64,000 nucleotides of DNA from Tagaea sp. (GCA_965279525.1 CBDIIB010000004.1:736001-800000), one strand, 5' to 3'; counted from the stretch's first letter, positions 20,645 through 30,465 are shown. Numbers and translations: made by a program. The notes: generated from the letters alone by a model not told the origin.

Positions 20645-21226
20645 TCAACCTTGGACGGTGTAGGGGGATTCCGCCGCCGGCGACCAATCCTTGCGGTGCA
20701 GGCGATAGAGCAGATGACGCCGCAGGGGGTGACCCTCCGCCACGCGCGGATGGTCGAAGGCGCCTTCGGGATCCTCGCGGAGGCCGATCCGCTCCATCAC
20801 CGTGCGCGAGGCACGGTTGTCGGGCACGACGAAGGCGATGATCTCCGCGAGGCCGCCGGGTCCGAAGGCGAAATCCAGTGCCGCCTTCGCCGCCTCGGTC
20901 GCGTAGCCCTTGCCCCAGTGCGCGCGCGCCAGCCGCCAGCCGATCTCGACGCGGCGCGGCGGGTCGTCGAAACTGACTTCCCACGGACCGACGAAGCCGG
21001 CAAACGGCGTCACGCCGGGGACCTCGACGGCCCACGGCCCGTAGGGCGTGCGCTCGAACTGCGAGGACAGGAAATCGGCGTTCGCATCGCTTTCGGCGCG
21101 CGTCTGCAATGTGGGGAAGAACCGCCGGACTTCCGGATCGGCGTTGAGGGCGGCGAACGGCGCGCGGTCCGCGTCGCGCCAGGGCCGCAGCACGAGGCGC
21201 GACGTGCGCAGCGTGACGCCGGTCAT
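20645..21226 (-). CDS. GNAT (RimJ/RimL-like) N-acetyltransferase
   Basis: TSRLVLRPW, EIGWRLARAHWGKGYATEAA and NRASRTVMERIG. Confidence 0.9.
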   Translation of the reverse strand: MTGVTLRTSRLVLRPWRDADRAPFAALNADPEVRRFFPTLQTRAESDANADFLSSQFERTPYGPWAVEVPGVTPFAGFVGPWEVSFDDPPRRVEIGWRLARAHWGKGYATEAAKAALDFAFGPGGLAEIIAFVVPDNRASRTVMERIGLREDPEGAFDHPRVAEGHPLRRHLLYRLHRKDWSPAAESPYTVQG

Positions 21227-21663
21227 AGGGCGCCGGCGGCCTGTTTGCGCCGATGCATGTTGAGGCTCATCTCGTCCATCGCGATCGTGTCCTTGCGCTC
21301 GAACTCCGCCTTCGCGGACTTGATCCGCAGGTCGAGCGCGATCTCGTAGCGCTTGAGGTCCTGGAAGGCTTCGGAGACGGCCTGCCTTGCCTCCTCGAGC
21401 ATCGGCTGCATGCCGGCGATCTGCGCTTCGATCCGTTCGCGTCGCTCGATCACGCCGCGCGCGTACCCGGTATAGGCGAAGGCGCCGAATTCCATCGAGC
21501 GGGCGTTCTGCTGCTCCTGCACCTTTTCGACCTCGAGCGCGTCGAGCCGCTTGCGCAGCTCGTCTTCCTGGCGTTCGAGTTCGTTGAGTTCGCGCCGCTT
21601 CTCGTTCAGGTTCGCGTCGGCGAGCCGGATCAGCGACGTCAGGCCCTTGTTCTTGGCGGCCAT
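21223..21663 (-). CDS. fliJ: flagellar export protein FliJ
   Basis: 146-aa coiled coil directly downstream of fliI; LTSLIRL..., EAFQDLKRYE. Confidence 0.85.
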   Translation of the reverse strand: MAAKNKGLTSLIRLADANLNEKRRELNELERQEDELRKRLDALEVEKVQEQQNARSMEFGAFAYTGYARGVIERRERIEAQIAGMQPMLEEARQAVSEAFQDLKRYEIALDLRIKSAKAEFERKDTIAMDEMSLNMHRRKQAAGAL

Positions 21664-21671
21664 CTACCGGC

Positions 21672-23039
21672 TCAGACCGCGTGCGCGGCTTCTTCGGGCA
21701 CGTCGCCGGCCGCGGTCGGATCCGGCATGCCGAGAATCTCGGCGAGCATGCGGTACCCGTCGGGAAGCAGTGCCCGGTCGCGCTTGCCCTGCTTCAGGAA
21801 GGCCTCGATCTCGGGACTGTAATGGATCGCCTCGTCGACCAGCGGATCGGAACCACGCCGGTAGGCGCCGAGCCGGATCATTTCGGCCATGTCGTCGTAC
21901 TGCGACATCAGCTGGCGCGCGCGCGAAACGACGGCGTTCTCGCTGGGCGTATTGCAGCCCGGCATGGTTCGCGACACCGAACGCAGCACGTTGATTGCGG
22001 GATAGCGGCCGCGCTCGCCGATGGCGCGTTCCAGCACGATGTGGCCGTCGACGATGCCGCGCACCGCGTCGGAAATCGGTTCGTTGGTGTCGTCGCCCTC
22101 GACCAGCACCGTGAACAGGCCCGTGATGCTGCCCTGACCGATGCCGGGGCCGGCGCGTTCGAGCAGGCGCGGCAGTTCGGCGAAGACGGACGGCGTATAG
22201 CCCTTCGAAGCCGGCGGTTCGCCGGCGGACAAACCGATCTCGCGCTGCGCCATCGCGAAACGCGTGACGGAATCCATCAGGCACAGCACGTCGCGGTCCT
22301 GGTCGCGGAAATATTCGGCGATCGCCAGCGTCAGATACGCCGCCTGGCGGCGCATCAGCGGGCTTTCGTCGCCCGTCGCGACGACCACAACCGAGCGCGC
22401 GAGGCCCTCGGGACCCAGATCGTCCTGGATGAATTCCTGCACTTCGCGGCCGCGTTCGCCGATCAGGCCGATCACGACGACGTCGGCTGCCGTGAAGCGC
22501 GTCATCATCGACATGACGGACGACTTGCCCACGCCCGAGCCTGCGAAGATGCCCATGCGCTGCCCGCGGCAGCAGGTAAGGAACGTGTTGATCGCCCGGA
22601 TGCCCAGATCGATCTTGCCGCGCACGCGCTGGCGCTTGTGGGCGGACGGCGGCGAGGCCTTGATCGTGTAGGGTGCCGGCCCCATCGCCAGCGGCCCCTT
22701 GCCGTCGACCGGCTCGCCCAGCGCGTTGACGACGCGCCCGAGCCAGCCCTTGTGCGGATAGACGACCGGATCGGAGTCCGCGATCTCTGCGCGACTGCCC
22801 ACGCCGATGCCGTCGACGGTGCCGAAGGCCATCAGCAATGCGCGTCCCTGGCGGAAACCGACCACTTCGCAAGGCACGCGGCGGCGATCGCGGGTGGAAA
22901 CGAAACAGCGCGAGCCGACGGCGAGCATGTCCTCGACGCCGCCGATCTCGACGAGCATGCCTTGAATCGCCGAAACGCGGCCGAAGTAGCGGTAATTCGG
23001 AATTCGGTCGACCGAAGCGATCAGCTCGTGCGCGGACAT
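21672..23039 (-). CDS. fliI: flagellar export ATPase FliI
   Basis: [33 protein letters not shown] and DGHIVL. Confidence 0.96.
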   Translation of the reverse strand: MSAHELIASVDRIPNYRYFGRVSAIQGMLVEIGGVEDMLAVGSRCFVSTRDRRRVPCEVVGFRQGRALLMAFGTVDGIGVGSRAEIADSDPVVYPHKGWLGRVVNALGEPVDGKGPLAMGPAPYTIKASPPSAHKRQRVRGKIDLGIRAINTFLTCCRGQRMGIFAGSGVGKSSVMSMMTRFTAADVVVIGLIGERGREVQEFIQDDLGPEGLARSVVVVATGDESPLMRRQAAYLTLAIAEYFRDQDRDVLCLMDSVTRFAMAQREIGLSAGEPPASKGYTPSVFAELPRLLERAGPGIGQGSITGLFTVLVEGDDTNEPISDAVRGIVDGHIVLERAIGERGRYPAINVLRSVSRTMPGCNTPSENAVVSRARQLMSQYDDMAEMIRLGAYRRGSDPLVDEAIHYSPEIEAFLKQGKRDRALLPDGYRMLAEILGMPDPTAAGDVPEEAAHAV

Positions 23040-23064
23040 TCGGCGGGCAGCTCCGGAATAGGTC

Positions 23065-23261
23065 GAATTCGAGTCAAATTCGAGTCGAAAGCGACTTTAC
23101 CCAAGCTTGATTAATGATCTGTAAAGATATGTACAGTTCGTTGATTTAACATGGTTAATCGGTTTATTTCCGCACTATTTCCGGATGCAATCAGATGCTC
23201 GGCAATTCGTTAATTCTGCCTGTTTCGCGGCACCGGCGCGTGTTAACTTATTAACGTTAAC
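23065..23261. promoter_or_regulatory. fliI/ctrA divergent promoter with CtrA-like sites and GANTC sites
   Basis: TTAA-N7-TAAA at 23111-23125, TTAACCAT half-site (minus) at 23151-23158, clustered TTAA at 23243-23260, and tandem GAGTC at 23071 and 23082. Confidence 0.6.
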
Positions 23262-23273
23262 CCGGAGGCGCCC

Positions 23274-23969
23274 ATGCGCGTTTTGTTGGTTGAGGACGAT
23301 CAGGCCACTTCCCGCTCGATCGAGCTGATGCTCAAGCAGGAAGGATTCGTCTGCGACACCACCGATATGGGCGAAGACGGCCTCGAGATCGGCAAGCTCT
23401 ACGATTACGACATCATCATCCTCGACCTGATGCTGCCCGACATGGACGGCTACGAGGTCCTGCGCCGCTTCCGGGCCGGCCGCATCAAGACGCCGATCCT
23501 GATCCTGTCCGGCCTCACCGAGCTCGATGCCAAGATCAAAGGCCTCGGCTTCGGCGCCGACGACTACCTGACGAAGCCGTTCGACAAGCGCGAACTCGTC
23601 GCACGCATCCACGCGATCGTGCGCCGCGCCAAGGGCCACTCGCAGTCGGTCATCAAGACCGGCAAGCTCGTCGTCAATCTCGAGGCGCGCACCGTCGAGG
23701 CGGGCGCGCGACCGCTGCACCTGACCGGCAAGGAATACGCGATCCTCGAACTCCTCAGCCTGCGCAAGGGCACGACGCTGACCAAGGAGATGTTCCTCAA
23801 CCATCTCTACGGCGGGATCGACGAGCCGGAGCTGAAGATCATCGACGTGTTCGTGTGCAAGCTGCGCAAGAAGCTGTCGACGGCCTGCGACGGCGAGAAC
23901 TACATCGAGACGGTCTGGGGACGCGGCTATGTGCTGCGTGATCCGCCGGCCAAAGGCAAGGCGGCCTAG
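23274..23969 (+). CDS. ctrA: cell-cycle response regulator CtrA
   Basis: [49 protein letters not shown] and [10 protein letters not shown]; C-terminal AA. Confidence 0.97.
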   Translation: MRVLLVEDDQATSRSIELMLKQEGFVCDTTDMGEDGLEIGKLYDYDIIILDLMLPDMDGYEVLRRFRAGRIKTPILILSGLTELDAKIKGLGFGADDYLTKPFDKRELVARIHAIVRRAKGHSQSVIKTGKLVVNLEARTVEAGARPLHLTGKEYAILELLSLRKGTTLTKEMFLNHLYGGIDEPELKIIDVFVCKLRKKLSTACDGENYIETVWGRGYVLRDPPAKGKAA

Positions 23970-24802
23970 ACCGCCTTCGCCGCTCCGCCAGGCGCCACGA
24001 CCTGGTAGATTCCGCGCTGGGCCGGCATCGGCTGGAAGCGCTCGGTGACGCCAAGCACGGTTTCGGCACCGCCGAGATACAGCAGCCCGTCTGCAGGCAG
24101 CAGCTTGGCCATGCGGTCGAGGATCGTGCCCTTGGTCTTCTGGTCGAAATAGATCAGCACGTTGCGGCAGAAAATCACGTCGAAGCTGCCGAGCGACGCG
24201 AACTCCGTGAGCAGGTTGAAGCTGCGATACTGCACGGCCGAGCGGATCTCGGGCGCGATCTGCCACTTGTCGCCCTGCTGCTTGAAATACTTCACCAGAA
24301 GCTGGATCGGCAGGCCGCGCTGCACCTCGAACTGCGTATAGAGGCCGGACTTGGCCCGCTCGAGCGCGTCGTGGCTGATGTCGGTCCCGACGATCTCGAC
24401 GCGCCAGCCGGCGAGCTTCGCCGCTTCTTCCTTGAGGATCATCGCCAGCGTATAGGGCTCCTGCCCTGTCGACGCGGCGGCGCACCAGATGCGGAAGCTC
24501 TTCTTGGCGGCCCGCGACTGCAGCAGGCCGGGCAGCACGAGCTGGCGGAACTGGTCGAACGGCTTGCCGTCGCGGAAGAAGAACGACTCGTTCGTCATCA
24601 TCGCGTCGACGATGTCGCGCTGCAGGTCGCTCGTGCGTGCGCTGCGCAGCTGGCCGACAAGCAGATCGATGTTCGCGACATTGTACTTGCGCGCGAGCGG
24701 CGCCAGACGGCTTTCGATCAGGTACATCTTGTCCGGGCCGAGCACGAGGCCGGTCTGGTCGTAGATGTACTTCGTGAAGAAGGCGAAATCGTCGGGCTTC
24801 AC
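23966..24802 (-). CDS. cheR: chemotaxis protein methyltransferase CheR
   Basis: [22 protein letters not shown] and FCRNVLIYF. Confidence 0.96.
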   Translation of the reverse strand: MKPDDFAFFTKYIYDQTGLVLGPDKMYLIESRLAPLARKYNVANIDLLVGQLRSARTSDLQRDIVDAMMTNESFFFRDGKPFDQFRQLVLPGLLQSRAAKKSFRIWCAAASTGQEPYTLAMILKEEAAKLAGWRVEIVGTDISHDALERAKSGLYTQFEVQRGLPIQLLVKYFKQQGDKWQIAPEIRSAVQYRSFNLLTEFASLGSFDVIFCRNVLIYFDQKTKGTILDRMAKLLPADGLLYLGGAETVLGVTERFQPMPAQRGIYQVVAPGGAAKAV

Positions 24803-25995
24803 GGGCGCCCTCCGGTCAGGCGGACGATCTCGCCCGGAAGCTTGTCGAGCGGCAGGACGGCCGAGCAGATGCCGGCGATCGCCGCCGCACCGGGCATGCC
24901 CCAGACGACGCTGGTGGCCTCGTCCTGTGCTATCACCGTGCCGCCGGCCTCGACGAGCACCTTGCCGCCCTTCGCGCCGTCCGATCCCATGCCGGTCAGC
25001 ACGACGCCGAGCACGGCAGCACCATAGACGGCCGCAAGGCTGCGGAACATCGGATCGACGGCCGGCCTGCAGAAATTCTCGGGCGGCTCCTTGGTGAGAC
25101 GGACGACCTTCTGTCCGCCCTGCACCTCGATCTTCATGTGGTTGTCGCCGGGTGCCAGATAGATGCGGCCGGCTTCGAGCTGCTGGCCATCGACACCCTC
25201 GGCGCAGGGCCGCTTGGCCGTGCGCGTGATGTGCTCGGCAAGGATCGTCGTGAACGTCGCGGGCATGTGCTGCGTGATGCAGATCGGCAGGCGCATCGTC
25301 GCCGGCAGCGACGAAAGCAGCGTGAACAGCGCCTGCGGGCCGCCCGTCGAGCTGCCGATCGCGAGGACCTGGGGCTGCGTGCGCGAAGCCTGACGCAGCA
25401 CGATCGGCGAAGTCGGCGACAGGAGCGAGGCCCGTGTCGGTGCCGCACTCGCCGCGGCCGCGGTCGCCGCGCGCGTGGCCGGCGTGTGCTGGGGTCGCGC
25501 ATCCGGCATGCCCGCCGCCCGGTTGCGGTCGCGCTTGTCGCGCCGGGCGCGGCCGAGCGCCTTCACTTTCTCGGTCAGGTCGCGCTTGAAATCGGCCGAG
25601 GCATTGATGGCGCCGGTCGATGTCGGCTTCGGGATGTAGTCCGCAGCACCCTTCTGCATCGCCTCGATGCTGACCTGCGCGTTGCGCTGCGTCAGGGTCG
25701 AGGCCATGATGATCTTCACGTCGGGCGCCACTTCGAGAAGCTTCGGCAACGCCGTCAACCCGTCCATCACGGGCATCTCGATATCGAGCACGATCACGTC
25801 GACGTCGCTGCGCCCGAGCTGGCCGATGGCGAGCTGTCCGTTGCCGACCGTCGCGACGACCTGGACGCCCGGGTCGGTCTCGAGCGCGCGGGTGATGAGA
25901 CCGCGGATCACGGCCGAATCGTCGACCACCATCACGCGGACCGGCGAAGGGCCGGATGCGCCCGCTGAAACAGATTCGGTCGGAGCCAGCGCCAT
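24799..25995 (-). CDS. cheB: chemotaxis methylesterase CheB (receiver plus catalytic domain)
   Basis: VVDDSAV, LDIEMP, GSSTGGP, QHMP and TGMGSDG. Confidence 0.96.
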   Translation of the reverse strand: MALAPTESVSAGASGPSPVRVMVVDDSAVIRGLITRALETDPGVQVVATVGNGQLAIGQLGRSDVDVIVLDIEMPVMDGLTALPKLLEVAPDVKIIMASTLTQRNAQVSIEAMQKGAADYIPKPTSTGAINASADFKRDLTEKVKALGRARRDKRDRNRAAGMPDARPQHTPATRAATAAAASAAPTRASLLSPTSPIVLRQASRTQPQVLAIGSSTGGPQALFTLLSSLPATMRLPICITQHMPATFTTILAEHITRTAKRPCAEGVDGQQLEAGRIYLAPGDNHMKIEVQGGQKVVRLTKEPPENFCRPAVDPMFRSLAAVYGAAVLGVVLTGMGSDGAKGGKVLVEAGGTVIAQDEATSVVWGMPGAAAIAGICSAVLPLDKLPGEIVRLTGGRP

Positions 25996-25996
25996 C

Positions 25997-26362
25997 TCAG
26001 AGAAGGCCGACTTGCAGCAGCTTGGATTCGACGATTTCGCTGTCGAAAGGCTTCATGATGTATTCGTTGGCGCCGGCCTCGATCGCCTGCTGGATCTTGG
26101 TCATCTCGGTCTCGGTCGTGCAGAAGAGCACGATCGGCGCATCGCCACCCGGCGTCGCGCGCAAGGCACGCAGGAACTCGATGCCGTTCATCACCGGCAT
26201 GTTCCAGTCGAGCAGGATCCCGTCCGGCATCGCGCGCTTGCAGGCCTCGAGCGCCAGCTGGCCATCGGCCGCTTCCTCGATCTTGAAACCGAGCGCTTCG
26301 AGAATCCGGCGCGCGACGTTCCGGATCACCCGAGAATCGTCTACCACCAAGAACGACTTCAT
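25997..26362 (-). CDS. cheY: single-domain response regulator CheY
   Basis: LVVDDSRVIR, LLDWNMP and YIMKPF; GGAGG RBS. Confidence 0.92.
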   Translation of the reverse strand: MKSFLVVDDSRVIRNVARRILEALGFKIEEAADGQLALEACKRAMPDGILLDWNMPVMNGIEFLRALRATPGGDAPIVLFCTTETEMTKIQQAIEAGANEYIMKPFDSEIVESKLLQVGLL

Positions 26363-26494
26363 CAACGTCCTCCGTTCCGGCACGAACCCGCCAGGCACCT
26401 GATGCCCCACAGCATAAGGAACCCTTCGAGCGGAACCTTCCCCAAACAGGTATAGCGGACGCGACCGTCCGCGCCAACCTTGGCAGAAACCGAG

Positions 26495-27151
26495 TCAGTC
26501 ATCGCCAAGTGCCGGAAAGGCGACGGAAATTCCGATCATGTCCTTGCCCGGCGCCACGCCGATGCGCCCCCCGAGAGCGCCGGCCAGAATTCGCAGCATT
26601 TCTGCCGGTGCGGCCTTGGCGGAAAGCTCGTCGACCGGAACCTTGCCCGCCAATGTCGCAGACACTTCTTCGAACAGCCGGGCGCCCTGCCCGGTCGCTG
26701 TCGCATCGAGCTTGGCTGCGTTGCCGGATAGCTTCGCATCCAGCCGCACTTCGCCGCCCCGCGGCAAGGCCTCGACCAGCAGGAAAGCGGCCAGGAGTGC
26801 GATCCGCGCGCCCGCACGGCCGGCTGCGGCTTCGATCCCGGGATCGATGGTCCAGGGGCCGGACGCGACCTTTTCCCCGTCGAGCATTCCGGAAAGCAGT
26901 TGTGCCGCTGCGGCAAATGGCGCTCCGGCGGGCAACGTTCCGGCCGTACCGTAGATCGCGCGGAAAACCTGCAACCGGCGGCTTGCCTGGCGGGCGGACT
27001 GGCCGATCAGCCGGACGACATCGGCATCGGCAGCCTGGTCTTCGGTCAGCAGTTCGACCCCGTTGACAGTGGCACCCACGGGCCCGACAAGGTCGTGACT
27101 CATGCGGGCTGCAATCAACTCGACGAGCCTGAGTTCGTTCTTTCCGGTCAT
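26495..27151 (-). CDS. chpT: histidine phosphotransferase ChpT
   Basis: ARMSHDLVGPVGATVNGVELL H-box, RLQVFRAIYG and degenerate CA domain; near ctrA and DUF3553. Confidence 0.88.
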   Translation of the reverse strand: MTGKNELRLVELIAARMSHDLVGPVGATVNGVELLTEDQAADADVVRLIGQSARQASRRLQVFRAIYGTAGTLPAGAPFAAAAQLLSGMLDGEKVASGPWTIDPGIEAAAGRAGARIALLAAFLLVEALPRGGEVRLDAKLSGNAAKLDATATGQGARLFEEVSATLAGKVPVDELSAKAAPAEMLRILAGALGGRIGVAPGKDMIGISVAFPALGDD

Positions 27152-27220
27152 GACCCGGGCAGCCTCGCCCGAAACGGTCCCGGGTTTCAAGTTCGGCAGG
27201 TCCTGGGCTAGGATAATCCC

Positions 27221-27406
27221 ATGCGTCATCTCGTCCCCGGAGACTATGTGCGCCATCCCGATTGTCCCGATTGGGGCATCGGACAGGTCCAGTCGGCGAT
27301 TGCCGGTCGCGTTACCGTCAATTTCGAGCACCGGGGCAAGCTGCTGATCGATGCCGATGTCATCGAACTCGAAGCGGTAGACCCGGGCGGTCCGGAAGCG
27401 CTTTGA
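27221..27406 (+). CDS. DUF3553-like small protein
   Basis: PGDYVRHPDCPDWGIGQVQS..VTVNFEHRGK; divergent from chpT. Confidence 0.85.
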   Translation: MRHLVPGDYVRHPDCPDWGIGQVQSAIAGRVTVNFEHRGKLLIDADVIELEAVDPGGPEAL

Positions 27407-27799
27407 ATGTATGCTTTCTGCCAATTCAGGACCTTCGCGGTCGCCCTGCTTGCACTTGTCGCACTGGCGCCAGTCGGACCTGCTGCCGCCGCCGATCCTC
27501 GCCGCGGCGAGGAGATCTTCCGCAAGTGCGTCACATGCCACACGCTCGAGGCCGGCGGGCGCAACCGGGTCGGCCCGAGACTGGCCGGGCTCTTCGGCCG
27601 CACGGCCGGCTCGGTCGGCGACTACAGGTATACGGACGCGTTGAAGCGATCGGGCATCGTGTGGAACGACACGACGCTCGATGCCTATCTGAAAGATTCC
27701 GAAGCGTTCGTGCCTGGTACGAAGATGTACGGCGGCCTGACGCTCGATGCCGACCGAGCCGACCTGATCGCCTATTTGCGCCGTGCGACAGCACCCTGA
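27407..27799 (+). CDS. class I cytochrome c (c2-like)
   Basis: signal peptide, CVTCH heme motif, VGPRLAGLFGRTAG and PGTKM axial Met. Confidence 0.93.
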   Translation: MYAFCQFRTFAVALLALVALAPVGPAAAADPRRGEEIFRKCVTCHTLEAGGRNRVGPRLAGLFGRTAGSVGDYRYTDALKRSGIVWNDTTLDAYLKDSEAFVPGTKMYGGLTLDADRADLIAYLRRATAP

Positions 27800-27889
27800 A
27801 GACCGGCGCCAAGCTACGGCAAATATTGCAAAATCCGGCCGATTGAGTACAATCCGGCCCAATAAATCCGTTCTAGCGGGAGACAAAAA

Positions 27890-28015
27890 ATGCAGTCCAT
27901 GATGCTCGGTTTTGCGGTCGCGATCGTCCTCGCCGTCGGCGCGCATTTCGTGCTCGGCTCGATCCAGACCTCGACGGCGGATCGCTACGCAGCACCCGTC
28001 AGCGTCCGCCTCTGA
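27890..28015 (+). CDS. 41-aa single-TM small protein
   Basis: MQSMMLGFAVAIVLAVGAHFVLGSIQTSTADRYAAPVSVRL with a GGGAGA RBS; not in the supplied ORF track. Confidence 0.7.
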   Translation: MQSMMLGFAVAIVLAVGAHFVLGSIQTSTADRYAAPVSVRL

Positions 28016-28025
28016 GCCGTCCGGG

Positions 28026-28979
28026 CTATTGCGGCGCCTCGACTTCGGCGCCGGACGCGAGGTCCCAGACCTTCGCCACCTCGTCGTAGCCCGCCGACAC
28101 AGCAAGCCGGCGGCCGGGTACGAACGCGACACCCCAGACGGGCCGTTTGTGGCCCAGAAACTCGCGCATCTGGCGGCCGTCCGCGACCTGCCAGAGCCGC
28201 ATCGTGCGGTCGCCCCCACCGGACAGCACCGTCAGTCCGTCGGCCGAGAGTGCCACCGAGGTGACGAAGCCCCGATGGCCCTCGAGAACGGCTTTCTCGC
28301 GGCGGGCCCCCAGATCCCATAGCCGGACCGTCGCGTCGGTCGACGCGGACGCGGCGAGCCGCCCATCCGCCGACACGGAGACGGCATTCACGCTGTTCGT
28401 GTGCCCCTCCATCAGGGCGAGTTCACGGCCCGTCTCGCTGTCCCACAGCCGCAGGGACAGATCGTAGCTGCCGGAAAGCACCGTGCGTCCGTCCGGCAGG
28501 AACGCGACGGACATGACATTGGCCTTGTGGCCTTCCAGCGTGCGCAGCAACCGGCCAGTCGCGATATCCCACACCGCGATCGTGCGGTCCCAGCTCGCCG
28601 AAACCGCGCGCCTTGCGTCCGGGCTTACGGCCACCGACGCGACATTCGCCTTGTGCCCCTCGAACGTGCGGATCGACCGGCCAGTCTCGATATCCCAAAG
28701 GCGCAGCGTCGTATCCCAGCTTGCCGAAAGCCCGGTGCGGCCGTCCGGCAAAAAAGCGACACCGTTGACCGACGCCTTGTGTTCGTCGAGCACCCGGATC
28801 TCGCGCTGCGTGGCGAGATCCCACACGCGCAGCGAATAGTCCCAAGAGCCGGTCAGCACGCGCGTGCCGTCCGGCGAGACGGCAATGGCGTTGACCATGG
28901 CGCCGTGCCCGGCCATCTCCGCCCGTACCGCCGTTGCGGCGAACAGGACACCCACGAGAACTGCGCCGAATATCCTCAT
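28026..28979 (-). CDS. exported WD40 beta-propeller protein
   Basis: N-terminal signal-like segment followed by seven GH...WD-type repeats. Confidence 0.9.
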   Translation of the reverse strand: MRIFGAVLVGVLFAATAVRAEMAGHGAMVNAIAVSPDGTRVLTGSWDYSLRVWDLATQREIRVLDEHKASVNGVAFLPDGRTGLSASWDTTLRLWDIETGRSIRTFEGHKANVASVAVSPDARRAVSASWDRTIAVWDIATGRLLRTLEGHKANVMSVAFLPDGRTVLSGSYDLSLRLWDSETGRELALMEGHTNSVNAVSVSADGRLAASASTDATVRLWDLGARREKAVLEGHRGFVTSVALSADGLTVLSGGGDRTMRLWQVADGRQMREFLGHKRPVWGVAFVPGRRLAVSAGYDEVAKVWDLASGAEVEAPQ

Positions 28980-29003
28980 CGCCAGAACCGGTCTCCCGAA
29001 ACG

Positions 29004-29037
29004 AAAAAGGCCCGCGCCGATCGCTCGGCGCGGGCCC
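29004..29037 (-). terminator. Rho-independent terminator after fdhC
   Basis: 12-bp stem GGCCCGCGCCGA/TCGGCGCGGGCC followed by U5 on the minus strand. Confidence 0.8.
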
Positions 29038-29052
29038 ATTCTAGCCTGCGTA

Positions 29053-30135
29053 TCAGTCGTGGCCCATCTTGTAGGTCGGCATCGCCTGACCCTTGACCTT
29101 GGCGAGCCATACGCCGTGATGTTCCTTCGCCCAGTTCTCGTCGACCTGGCCGGTTCCCATCGCGTCGAAGGCCTGCTCCATCCCGAGCGAGCCGATATAG
29201 ATGTGCGCGATCACGATCGCCGTAAGCACCAAGCCGACGATCGCATGGATCACCTGCATGAGCTGCATCGAGGCGATGTCGCCGAACTGGAAGGGGAACA
29301 GCAGCCAGACGCCCGTGACGCTGAGCGCGACGCCGCCGCCGACGACCGACCAGAAAACGATCTTCTGGCCGGCATTGAACTTGTCGGCCGGCGGATGGAT
29401 GCCCTTCGAGAACAGCCCGCCGCCGACGGCAAGCCACTGCAGGTCGAGCTTCGAGGGGATGTTGTGACGCACCCAGAGCACGAACATCAGCACGATGCCG
29501 AGCATGAATGCGAACGACAGGTAGTTGTGCGCGTACTTCAGCAGCACCGACAGGCTCGTGAACATGTCGGGGCCGAGCAGCGGAAGGAGCAGATAGCGGC
29601 CATAGGTGATGTTGAGCCCCGAAATCGCCAGCACGACGAAAGCGCCGGCCGTCATCCAGTGGACGAAGCGCTCCGTTCCGTTGAAGCGCTCGATCGTCCG
29701 GCCGGAAAGCCCGCCGTCGATCATGATCTTGCCGCGAAGCAGGTAGAACGCGATCAGCGCGCAGCACATGCCCAGGATCAGCCACGAGCCCCAGACGCGG
29801 ACGGGGCCCTTGACCGTCTGGCGCCAGTCGCGGCCGGCCGGCTGGATGAGCGTGGCGGCATTCTGGTCCGGGATCGAGACCCAGCCGCGCGTCGGTGCCA
29901 GTGCGCGGAGCAGTTCGGTGTCGTTCGCCATCAGGCCGGCTTCGGGCCGCTGCGACGGGCTCTGGTAAGCGCCTGCGGCCGGCGGCATCAGGCGCGCGTT
30001 GTCGCTGGTGCTGACCGTCGGCGTCGACGAAGAGTTGACGGGTGCCGGTGCCTGCGCATCGGCCGGACCTGCCGCGAGGAAGCCGATCGCGAATGCGGCC
30101 AGCGCCAGGCTGCGGAATTTCGTGGCGAACGTCAT
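29053..30135 (-). CDS. fdhC: formate dehydrogenase gamma subunit (cytochrome b)
   Basis: ERFVHW, KYAHNY, KFNAGQK, AHIYIG and WAKEHH; N-terminal periplasmic extension. Confidence 0.93.
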   Translation of the reverse strand: MTFATKFRSLALAAFAIGFLAAGPADAQAPAPVNSSSTPTVSTSDNARLMPPAAGAYQSPSQRPEAGLMANDTELLRALAPTRGWVSIPDQNAATLIQPAGRDWRQTVKGPVRVWGSWLILGMCCALIAFYLLRGKIMIDGGLSGRTIERFNGTERFVHWMTAGAFVVLAISGLNITYGRYLLLPLLGPDMFTSLSVLLKYAHNYLSFAFMLGIVLMFVLWVRHNIPSKLDLQWLAVGGGLFSKGIHPPADKFNAGQKIVFWSVVGGGVALSVTGVWLLFPFQFGDIASMQLMQVIHAIVGLVLTAIVIAHIYIGSLGMEQAFDAMGTGQVDENWAKEHHGVWLAKVKGQAMPTYKMGHD

Positions 30136-30157
30136 GTTGGTTCTCCCCTCTTCCGGC

Positions 30158-30361
30158 CTAGTAGCGCTGGGCCGTGTTGGCGCGATTGGTGAGCGCGTCG
30201 CGGGCCGGTGCCGGGACCTGCTGCGCCTTGCTCACGCTGCGTCCGAGATAGCTTCCTTGCGCGCCTTCCTGCAGGCCGCTTTCGCGGGCGCTGAAGCCGA
30301 TCGCGACGACCAGCAGAACCGTGAAAACCGCCCACATGACCGTTCGTTGACCGCTGGACAT
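30158..30361 (-). CDS. small membrane-anchored/exported protein in the fdh operon
   Basis: 67 aa with an N-terminal hydrophobic helix and C-terminal LTNRANTAQRY; between fdhB and fdhC. Confidence 0.65.
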   Translation of the reverse strand: MSSGQRTVMWAVFTVLLVVAIGFSARESGLQEGAQGSYLGRSVSKAQQVPAPARDALTNRANTAQRY

Positions 30362-30416
30362 CGTCTCTAACCCCTGCATGCTTGCCATATGTGCCTGCCC
30401 CCCAGATCAGCCGGCC

Positions 30417-30452
30417 GCCGGTGCCGCACGCGCGATGGCGTGCGGCACCGGC
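30417..30452. repeat. perfect 15-bp inverted repeat after fdhB
   Basis: GCCGGTGCCGCACGC-N6-GCGTGCGGCACCGGC with no U-tract. Confidence 0.7.
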
Positions 30453-30465
30453 CGGTCGGCGTGCA

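Noticed and set aside
26363-26494. cheA/cheW pseudogene remnant or CtrA box between chpT and cheY
   Set aside because: No recognisable kinase or CheW sequence and no TTAA-N7-TTAA match
28026-28979. Nucleotide repeats suggesting a CRISPR array or eukaryotic transfer
   Set aside because: They are in-frame WD40 protein repeats with host-like codon usage; there are no spacers or cas genes
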